Shown: positions 57,273 to 64,000 of the stretch, one piece after another | How the letters are laid out: every line of letters begins with the position of its first letter | How positions within the stretch are numbered: the first letter of the stretch is position 1 | Assembly (NCBI GenBank): GCA_038317095.1 | Contig: JBBQBB010000005.1 | Span: forward strand, 20,022 to 84,021 | DNA length: 64,000 bases | Origin: Bacteroidia bacterium | GTDB lineage: Bacteria > Bacteroidota > Bacteroidia > NS11-12g > UBA955 | Reading direction: 5' to 3' | Notes under the pieces: model-generated | Told to the model about the DNA's origin: nothing | The model's input: the letters and a program-made list of their open reading frames with translations, nothing else | The model's database searches: none | Made by a program: the position numbers and the translations under genes

Positions 57273-57734
57273 TTACTTCACCCTAGTCCAAACCGCAGTT
57301 CTACCCAGTAAAGAGATACCCACATAACCCCTAACATTGAGTTTGTTGCCGTCCATTGCCATAAATGAGCTGTAAGTTTTTCCATTTTTAGGATCGTAAA
57401 TTGTGCCACCACTCCATTCTTTGTCATCGCTGTCATATTTGAAATCGCGAAGGATAATGAGGCCTATGAGTCCTTTACCACGGCTTCCTTTATTGGGATT
57501 TTCTTTATCCACTTTGGGTTTTCCGTTCTCGTTGGGTTCTTTTAACCATACTATTTTACCATAGAATTTACCAGCAAATTGGCCATTGATGGCCTTATAA
57601 ATCTGTATATGCGAAGTGCCTTCTTGGTTTAACCAAGTGCCCTGAATTTTATCCGCTTCGGTGTCTGCGGGTTTTATAAAAGTAAAAGAAGCAAGCACAA
57701 AAGCTATGAATGCAGCTCCAACTAATTTAGTCAT
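57273..57734 (-). CDS. DUF2147 domain-containing secreted protein
   Basis: Signal peptide, then GTWLNQEG...GKIVWLKEP...GGTIYDPKNGKTYS...LNVRGYVGISLLGRTAVWTRV. Confidence 0.85.
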   Translation of the reverse strand: MTKLVGAAFIAFVLASFTFIKPADTEADKIQGTWLNQEGTSHIQIYKAINGQFAGKFYGKIVWLKEPNENGKPKVDKENPNKGSRGKGLIGLIILRDFKYDSDDKEWSGGTIYDPKNGKTYSSFMAMDGNKLNVRGYVGISLLGRTAVWTRVK

Positions 57735-57779
57735 GCTTCAAATCTACAATAAAATTTATTTACTTAAAAATAATTTAAG

Positions 57780-58445
57780 TTAGTCATTAAACAATCGCTT
57801 ATTTTCTTTGAGAAAAGTATAATGTCCACCACCCATGGTAATTAGGCAAAAATTGGAAACACAACCAAACACGGTTTTATAATATTCGGTATTGGAATAG
57901 TAAATCAATTTATCTGCTTTTCCGTGCAGCACCAAAACATCGGCACGAACGTTTCTAAACAAATGTTGAACTTCACAAAGTGCATTTTCATGGCTGATTT
58001 TTTCATCGTTTGCCACCCTTATAACCCTAGGAAAAACAAACGGAATATGCCTTGATCGATGGTATACGATATTGGGTATGTTTTCTCTAATCTTGGACCC
58101 AGTGAGGAGGAAATCAAAATGAGTTTTTTCACTCCTTGTGTGTCGATGCCTGCAATACAAGCCGCTATGGAACCGCCGAAAGACCTACCCAAAACTGAAT
58201 ATCCAATTTTGGGAAGAAAGTTACTTATTGCCTTTAAAATCAATTTTGATTGGTGCAAGATGCTCGTGTCGGCACGGCCAAATTGTGTATACCCATAACC
58301 AGACCGGTCTATGGCTACTAGCCGAGTATGATGGGTGATGCTAGTGTCGTTCAGCAATGAATTAAAAAGAAGATACAGAACCAGGTAATCCATGGATAAG
58401 TAGGGTCATTGGCAACAATGTATCGCCTACAACTAAAACCCTCAT
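57780..58445 (-). pseudogene. alpha/beta-fold hydrolase disrupted by two frameshifts
   Basis: Three successive minus-strand frames carry the parts. Frame 1 from ATG 58445 gives MRVLVVGDTLLPMTLLIHGLPGSVSSF*. Frame 2 gives ...RLVAIDRSGYGYT...VLGRSFGGSIAA.... Frame 3 gives ...ADVLVLHGKADKLI...GGGHYTFL.... The first shift is at the A5/T5 run 58364-58368 and the second lies within 58019-58160. Confidence 0.7.
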
Positions 58446-58697
58446 ATTTATACCTTAAACCAGAATATGATAAAACTTTTTTAGATCATTACTTATGTTT
58501 ATGGCACGCAATTCTTGTCGATCTGATTTTCTAAACCGTTTCTTTTGGTAAATAGTGCAACTTGAAAAGAGCAACGTGATAAAAAGCAATATTTGAATGA
58601 AAAATCTCAATCCGAGGTATTTAAGTATAAATTTCGTTCCTTATTGCAAGCCCATTATACAAATGCGGCATTTTTTCACCAACTTTGCAGTTCTTTT

Positions 58698-59969
58698 ATG
58701 ATCCATATCAACCAATTCCGAAACAATGCAACAGAAATTATCGAACGTCTCGCTATCCGTGGTTTAGACGCTGCTGAAACTGTACACAACATTTTAAATA
58801 CCGATACTGCTTCTCGTGAGGCAAGGTCGCAAATGGAACGGGATCAGAACCGGTGCAATGTGATAGCCAAGGAAATTGGTGAAATGATGAAATCTGGGAG
58901 AAAGAATGAGGCTGAACCCTTAAAAGGCGAAAGTTCTGCATTAAAAGAAGGATTAAAATCCTTGGAAAGTAAAGTTGCTGAGCTTGAATTGGCATTGCGC
59001 GACTTGATCATTTCCTTGCCAAACACACCACAGTTGAATGTGCCCAAAGGCAAAGATGCTGAGTCGAATGTTGTTGTTTCCACCTGGGGAGCACCTGCAA
59101 TCATGCCCGTTGGTGCTTTGCCACATTGGGAATTGGCAAAAAAGTATGACATTATTGATTTTGAATTGGGTGTGAAAATAGCCGGGGCTGGTTTCCCTGT
59201 GTACAAAGGCAAAGGTGCCAAATTGCAAAGAGCATTAATTAATTTCTTTTTAAACGAAGCCGATAAAGCAGGCTATATGGAAATTCAACCTCCCATTGTA
59301 GTGAATGCAGAAAGTGGTTTTGGAACTGGCCAGTTGCCAGACAAAGAAGGACAGATGTACTATATGCCGGTGGATGACTTGTACATGATTCCTACCGCAG
59401 AAGTGCCTGTAACCAATATTTATAGAGATGTAATTTTGGAAGAGAGCCAATTGCCCATTAAAAATTGTGCATATACGCCCTGTTTTAGGAGAGAAGCCGG
59501 CAGTTATGGTGCACATGTACGCGGACTAAACCGGTTGCACCAATTTGATAAAATTGAAATTGTACAAATTGTAAAACCCGAAACCAGCAATATGGTATTG
59601 GAAACGATGCAAGAATATGTGCAAAGTTTATTGCAAAAATTGGGACTGCATTACCACGTTTTGTTGCTTTGCGGCGGCGATATGGGCTTTACCAGTGCAA
59701 AAACCTATGATTTAGAAGTGTGGAGTGGTGCGCAAGAAAAATGGTTGGAGTGCAGTTCTGTAAGCAATTTTGAAGGCTTTCAAACCAATCGTTTGAAATG
59801 CAGGTATAGAAATTCAGATGGGAAAATAGAACAAACGCATTCGCTTAATGGAAGTGCTTTAGCCCTGCCTAGGATTGTTGCCGCTATTTTAGAAAACTAC
59901 CAAACGGAAGATGGAATTGTGGTGCCGGAAGTTTTAAGACCTTATACAGGGTTTGATGTGATTGATTAG
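58698..59969 (+). CDS. serS: seryl-tRNA synthetase
   Basis: 423 aa from ATG 58698 (MIHINQFRNNATEIIERL). N-terminal coiled coil and class II motifs (TPCFRREAGS, GSALALPR). Confidence 0.94.
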   Translation: MIHINQFRNNATEIIERLAIRGLDAAETVHNILNTDTASREARSQMERDQNRCNVIAKEIGEMMKSGRKNEAEPLKGESSALKEGLKSLESKVAELELALRDLIISLPNTPQLNVPKGKDAESNVVVSTWGAPAIMPVGALPHWELAKKYDIIDFELGVKIAGAGFPVYKGKGAKLQRALINFFLNEADKAGYMEIQPPIVVNAESGFGTGQLPDKEGQMYYMPVDDLYMIPTAEVPVTNIYRDVILEESQLPIKNCAYTPCFRREAGSYGAHVRGLNRLHQFDKIEIVQIVKPETSNMVLETMQEYVQSLLQKLGLHYHVLLLCGGDMGFTSAKTYDLEVWSGAQEKWLECSSVSNFEGFQTNRLKCRYRNSDGKIEQTHSLNGSALALPRIVAAILENYQTEDGIVVPEVLRPYTGFDVID

Positions 59970-59970
59970 A

Positions 59971-60086
59971 GTTGAAAGGCTATAGTTAAAAGTTTAAAGT
60001 TAATCCGCCGCGGCGGAGAAAGGCTATAGTTAAAAGTTTATAGTTAATCCGCCGCGGCGGAGAAAGTTTAAAGGCTATAATTAAAG
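59971..60086 (-). repeat. 44-bp tandem repeat x2.5 containing palindrome tccgccgcggcgga; inverted relative of the element at 9298-9367
   Basis: Units at 59975-60018 and 60019-60062 differ at one position. The reverse complement ctttctccgccgcggcggattaacttt...aacttttaactatagcctttcaac parallels 9305-9367. Confidence 0.9.
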
Positions 60087-60167
60087 AGTGAAAGAATTAA
60101 AGAATGAGAGATTAAGAGTGTGAGAGAATGAAAAAGTAAAAGAATTAAAGATTGAAAGAATGATAAG
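60076..60167 (+). repeat. 92-nt cytosine-free tract of 8-9-nt (G/A)AAGAAT-type words
   Basis: No C occurs between 60076 and 60167 on the plus strand. The words gaaagaat, taaagaat, gagagat, taagagtg, gagagaat, aaaagaat and taaagat recur, and aaagaattaaaga occurs twice. Confidence 0.85.
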
Positions 60168-60255
60168 CTTCATTGACTATTATTCTTGAATGAAAAATAA
60201 TAAAAAATTAAACGCATAGTATAAATTAAAAGTTTTAAATAAATAAATAATAAAA

Positions 60256-60780
60256 ATGGAAAACCTACGTTACCCAATAGGCAGATTTGATAAAGACAAA
60301 AATGATTACCAACTGGAGGAATTGTTAGGATTTGTTGTGCAGATCCAATCTTTTCCAGGTGACTTGGCTAAATTGATAAATGGGTTAACTGCTGATGATT
60401 TGAAAAAAACATACAGAGAGGGTAGTTGGAACGTGCAGCAGATCATTCACCATTTGGCAGACAGCCATATGAATGCATGGCTTCGCACCAAATTTTGTTT
60501 AACCGAAGAGAATCCTACCATAAAACCCTACGATGAAAATGCATTTGCCGCTGGAATAGATTATGGTTTTAACCACGAGGCGAGTTATGTTTTATTGGTG
60601 GGTTTACACCAGCGCTGGAGTTTACTTTTGCTAGAATGTTTAAAAACACCGGAGCTTTTGTTGAGAACCTGGACCCATCCCGAACACGGAAAAACCTTTA
60701 CCTTGGCTCAGTTGATTGCCATGTATGCTTGGCACGGCAGGCAGCATTTGGCGCATATTGGGTTGGCGCTACAGAATTAA
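60256..60780 (+). CDS. DinB/YfiT-family putative metal-dependent hydrolase
   Basis: 174 aa with the YPIGRF N-terminus and the His triad context (IIHHLADSHMNA, WHGRQHLAHI) typical of YfiT. Confidence 0.8.
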   Translation: MENLRYPIGRFDKDKNDYQLEELLGFVVQIQSFPGDLAKLINGLTADDLKKTYREGSWNVQQIIHHLADSHMNAWLRTKFCLTEENPTIKPYDENAFAAGIDYGFNHEASYVLLVGLHQRWSLLLLECLKTPELLLRTWTHPEHGKTFTLAQLIAMYAWHGRQHLAHIGLALQN

Positions 60781-60885
60781 TAACCATTAGAATTAGTATA
60801 GTCATTTTTGGCTGCCGTTGAGGAGAGTTGCCATTAAAAACAGGCATTTTTCATTCCTTAATTCGCACTTCTGTTTCTAGTTTTT

Positions 60886-61332
60886 CTATTTCATCCCCTT
60901 TATTTTGAAGAATTTATAAATATTGTCTCCCTGAAATCCATTTATGTTGCTTTTTTTATGGAGGTTTAATTTTTTTCCTTTTATCGTCCCGCTATATTCG
61001 ACATCTTTAGGTGCAAGTCCAATATTAAATTTGATTGTTTTTCCTGCAATTGTATATTTTCCCAGATGACTTTTACCTATTTCTTCTTTGTTAAACCAGT
61101 TTTTAAGATCCAATACCTTTCCCGTAGAAGTGGCCGCAATTGCACTCCCATCTGAATAAAAGCGCAGGTATCCGCGGGTGGTATCTCCATCCTTAATTTG
61201 GAGTGGCGTTTGGTAAATTCCATCATAAAATAGAGTTCCAGATTTTTTAGCCCCTTGAAAAAAAGCAATAAAAATGAGGCCCATTAAAATAAACAAGCCA
61301 CCAAGTTTAATTGTTTTTTGCATATTCAACAT
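60886..61332 (-). CDS. membrane-anchored hypothetical protein
   Basis: 148 aa with N-terminal TM LGGLFILMGLIFIAFF. No recognised domain. Confidence 0.6.
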   Translation of the reverse strand: MLNMQKTIKLGGLFILMGLIFIAFFQGAKKSGTLFYDGIYQTPLQIKDGDTTRGYLRFYSDGSAIAATSTGKVLDLKNWFNKEEIGKSHLGKYTIAGKTIKFNIGLAPKDVEYSGTIKGKKLNLHKKSNINGFQGDNIYKFFKIKGMK

Positions 61333-61570
61333 TAAGGTTTTTATCTACTATATGCAAGTTTAGGTTTTAAAATTGTCCTCACTCGGTTGGTCTTAGCCAA
61401 CGAATGTTGCAAATTATTAGGTGAACTAAAGCGGAGAACAACCGATATGTGCCAGAGGCGGTAAATCCCAGAAGCCAAACAGTGTAGCAAATACCCTGAA
61501 TCAATTTTGCTTTTTTAACAACCGCGGGCAACCATCGAAAAACAGTTGCGTCCTATATTCAGAAAAGTTT

Positions 61571-62230
61571 ATGAAGCATTATTTAATCTTACTTTATATA
61601 ACCACATGCTACTTAGCCGCGCAGGCCCAAAGCCTGCAGCTTGGTCTATTGGCCAAAGAAGAAATGAATATTATTTCTATCCAAAATCAGGGTGACGTGG
61701 CTGCAAAATCTCAAATGCAACGAATGCAGTTGCCTGCTTGGGGAATTGGTGCCTGGAAATTCATTGGCAATCATGTAGGTTTGCATGGTTCTGTGCTGTT
61801 AAGTAGGGCTTATTACAATGTAAATTATAGCAACGGGGCAGCGGTTTTTAGCGATGCAGATATACGCTTTACCCAATCCAATTTAACCCTAGAATATTAT
61901 TTTGGCACCATAGCCAATGCGCTAAGACCCTTTTTGTTTGGTGGCGCGCAGCATTTGTACCGCCGATACGGTACAGAAAGTTTTAGAAATGCCGTTATCG
62001 CCAATTCTTATTGGCCCACCAGCAGGCTTCAAGGGCAATGGGGTGTGGGTTTAAAAATCAGTGACAATGATTTACTGGGCATTCGCATATTTGGCGGATT
62101 GCGCTATAATTTTGATAAACAGTTGGTTTATGATAAAAAAATGAACCAAATTTTTGCAGGTATCTCGGTTTCTTGGGCGATAAAAGATGGCGCAAAAAAA
62201 CCGGGAAGTAGATGCCCAGATTTCTTTTAA
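61571..62230 (+). CDS. small outer-membrane beta-barrel protein
   Basis: Signal peptide MKHYLILLYITTCYLAAQAQ, an alternating beta pattern and a C-terminal aromatic residue. Confidence 0.65.
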   Translation: MKHYLILLYITTCYLAAQAQSLQLGLLAKEEMNIISIQNQGDVAAKSQMQRMQLPAWGIGAWKFIGNHVGLHGSVLLSRAYYNVNYSNGAAVFSDADIRFTQSNLTLEYYFGTIANALRPFLFGGAQHLYRRYGTESFRNAVIANSYWPTSRLQGQWGVGLKISDNDLLGIRIFGGLRYNFDKQLVYDKKMNQIFAGISVSWAIKDGAKKPGSRCPDFF

Positions 62231-62249
62231 ATAAATGTTTTAAAATAAA

Positions 62250-63251
62250 ATGAATAATATGAAAAATAATTGGATTTTAAAAGGAGTATTCTCCATAATT
62301 TTTGTTTCAGCTTTATTTGCAGCCTGCAAAAAAGATAGAACTATTATTACCATTGACAACACTAGCAAAACAGTTTACTATCCGTTAAACGCTGTAAGTT
62401 TTTGGAACAATTACTTGCCAGCCAAACAAACATTTGTATTGGATGCAACAAATGGCGGTTGGATAAAGGGGAGCAAAGGCTGCAACATTTACATTGGCGC
62501 CAATTCATTAGAAGATGCAGCAGGAATGTTGGTTGCCGGCAACGTAGATGTAGAATTGATTGAATACATGAACAAAGCTGACATGGCCTTTTCTGGCGTT
62601 ACCACGGTTTCTGGAAATCAGCTTTTGGAATCTGGAGGTATGTTTTATTTGAACATTAAAAAAGGCGGTACAGAATTAAAAATGAAAGCAGGAAAATTGG
62701 TTCAACTCATCATTCCCCAAACCAATAAAACCGCAGATGCAATGGACTTTTTTAAAGGCAATGTAAATGCTGCAGGCGATGTGAATAAAGTGAATTGGGT
62801 GTTGAAAGATTCAATTAAAGTTGTACCCAAAAAGGATACAGGACAATTTGGACGTGGAGTTTATAGTATGCAATTTAATTATTTCCAATTTGGTTTTTGT
62901 AACATTGACAGGTTTTGGGGTAAATTTAAAACCAAATGCAAAAAATTTAGAATTAAAATGCCCAAAGGTTGCAACGATACCAATAGCACCGCATTACTTT
63001 TGTTCAAAGATTACAACTCTTGCGCTTGGTGCCAGTGGATGACAACAGAGGACCGCATTTCCACCGGTTATGAGTTGCCATCAGGCGAAACTATAAAAGT
63101 GTTGGTGTACAAAAAAACCGGACCAGGGGACGATGATATTTCTTATCAATTGCAAGAAGTAATGATGACCTTAGACATAGAAGTGGAATTTATAGATAAT
63201 TTTATTAAGACAAATAAAGCAGGTCTGGCAGATATAATAAAGGCACTTTAA
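62250..63251 (+). CDS. hypothetical lipoprotein
   Basis: IFVSALFAAC lipobox, 333 aa, with a Cys-rich segment near residues 215-260. Confidence 0.65.
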   Translation: MNNMKNNWILKGVFSIIFVSALFAACKKDRTIITIDNTSKTVYYPLNAVSFWNNYLPAKQTFVLDATNGGWIKGSKGCNIYIGANSLEDAAGMLVAGNVDVELIEYMNKADMAFSGVTTVSGNQLLESGGMFYLNIKKGGTELKMKAGKLVQLIIPQTNKTADAMDFFKGNVNAAGDVNKVNWVLKDSIKVVPKKDTGQFGRGVYSMQFNYFQFGFCNIDRFWGKFKTKCKKFRIKMPKGCNDTNSTALLLFKDYNSCAWCQWMTTEDRISTGYELPSGETIKVLVYKKTGPGDDDISYQLQEVMMTLDIEVEFIDNFIKTNKAGLADIIKAL

Positions 63252-63273
63252 GGAGGTGATTGATTCATATAAA

Positions 63274-63305
63274 AGCGGGGTGCGCGTTGTACCCTGCTTT
63301 TTTTC
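63274..63305 (+). terminator. rho-independent terminator
   Basis: Stem agcggggt/accctgct (one G-U pair) followed by a T-run. Confidence 0.75.
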
Positions 63306-63334
63306 TTTTAATTTTGCTGCAATAAAAGTTTTAC

Positions 63335-64000
63335 ATGCAAGTATTTAACAATATCCTAGAAACCATTGGAAATACGCCCATGGTAAGGTTAAACAAAATT
63401 ACAAAAGACCTACCTTGTGAGGTTTATGCCAAGGTGGAAACGGTTAATCCTGGAAACTCCATCAAAGACCGAATGGCAGTGAAAATGATTGAAGATGCAG
63501 AAAAAGCGGGTTTGTTAAAGCCGGGCGGAACTATCATTGAAGGTACCAGTGGCAATACTGGAATGGGTTTGGCCATAGCTGCTGTGATGAAAGGGTATAA
63601 GTGTGTTTTTACCACAACAGATAAGCAAAGCAAAGAAAAAGTAGATGCGCTAAAAGCATTTGGGGCAGAAGTAATTGTATGCCCTACGGATGTGGATCCA
63701 GATGATCCGCGGAGTTATTACAGCGTTTCTACACGTTTGGCAAAAGAATTACCTAATGCTTGGAAACCCAACCAATATGACAATTTAAGCAATTCGACGG
63801 CCCATTACGAACAAACGGGTCCTGAAATATGGAAACAAACCGATGGGAAAGTTACCCATTTGGTGGTTGGTGTGGGAACGGGCGGAACTATTTGTGGCAC
63901 AGGGAAATTTTTGAAAGAACAGAATCCAGCTATTCAAATTTTGGGCATTGATACTTATGGTTCGGTTTTTAAAAAATACAAAGAGACTGGTATTTTTGAC
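63335..64000 (+). CDS. PLP-dependent cystathionine beta-synthase / cysteine synthase family enzyme (3' end cut by window edge)
   Basis: MQVFNNILETIGNTPMVRLNKI..., PLP-lysine motif NPGNSIKDR and GTSGNTGMGLA. In frame to the window end and absent from the ORF track. Confidence 0.9.
   Translation, partial: MQVFNNILETIGNTPMVRLNKITKDLPCEVYAKVETVNPGNSIKDRMAVKMIEDAEKAGLLKPGGTIIEGTSGNTGMGLAIAAVMKGYKCVFTTTDKQSKEKVDALKAFGAEVIVCPTDVDPDDPRSYYSVSTRLAKELPNAWKPNQYDNLSNSTAHYEQTGPEIWKQTDGKVTHLVVGVGTGGTICGTGKFLKEQNPAIQILGIDTYGSVFKKYKETGIFD

Noticed and set aside
58593-58697. N-terminal extensions suggested by the ORF-track starts. Affected genes are serS 58593, fumC 4826, vWA 8557, POT2 17870, thioesterase 33911, L21 33269 and RseP 13239, among others.
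   Set aside because: Downstream ATGs give canonical family N-termini or proper signal peptides, whereas the extensions run through terminators or repeat DNA.
1-64000. Looked for mobile elements, prophage, defence islands (RM, Abi, CBASS, retron or DGR reverse transcriptase), toxin-antitoxin pairs and biosynthetic clusters
   Set aside because: No transposase, integrase, recombinase, reverse transcriptase, methyltransferase-nuclease pair, phage structural gene or core biosynthetic enzyme was recognisable in any frame. The SNF2 helicase and GAF protein are convergent and look like conserved housekeeping genes rather than a defence module.

Overview
This window reads as a mostly core chromosomal segment of a Bacteroidota bacterium. 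It is AT-rich by eye (GC not computed). Supporting signs are T9SS type-A and type-B C-terminal sorting domains, TAnnTTTG-like promoter boxes and a GxxExxY PD-(D/E)XK gene. I can support about 55 protein genes, and most are housekeeping: rpe, folP, fumC, maeB, rseP, folC, rplU-rpmA, fmt, rnr, ung, ftsE, serS, CCA enzyme, polyprenyl synthase, SNF2 helicase and three tandem POT peptide transporters. There are also three T9SS cargo proteins, several small outer-membrane beta-barrels and a number of hypothetical lipoproteins. I found no rRNA, tRNA, CRISPR array, transposase, integrase, phage gene or recognisable defence or toxin operon, so I cannot claim a convincing novel multi-gene system. The structure least explained by ordinary annotation is non-coding. 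Intergenic DNA carries several families of short 'word' repeats, most strikingly a composite CACGAATT module present twice around a GxxExxY nuclease-family gene wedged between folP and fumC. Other observations are an internally truncated RHS/YD gene relic, a doubly frameshifted alpha/beta hydrolase, an orphan acidic peptide with a double-glycine-type leader, a lone nucleotide-sugar dehydrogenase in a small non-coding-rich islet, and a 1359-aa TraB/GumN fusion protein. All family assignments come from motif recognition by eye, with no database search run. Several start codons were moved from the ORF-track start to a downstream ATG that gives a canonical N-terminus or signal peptide.
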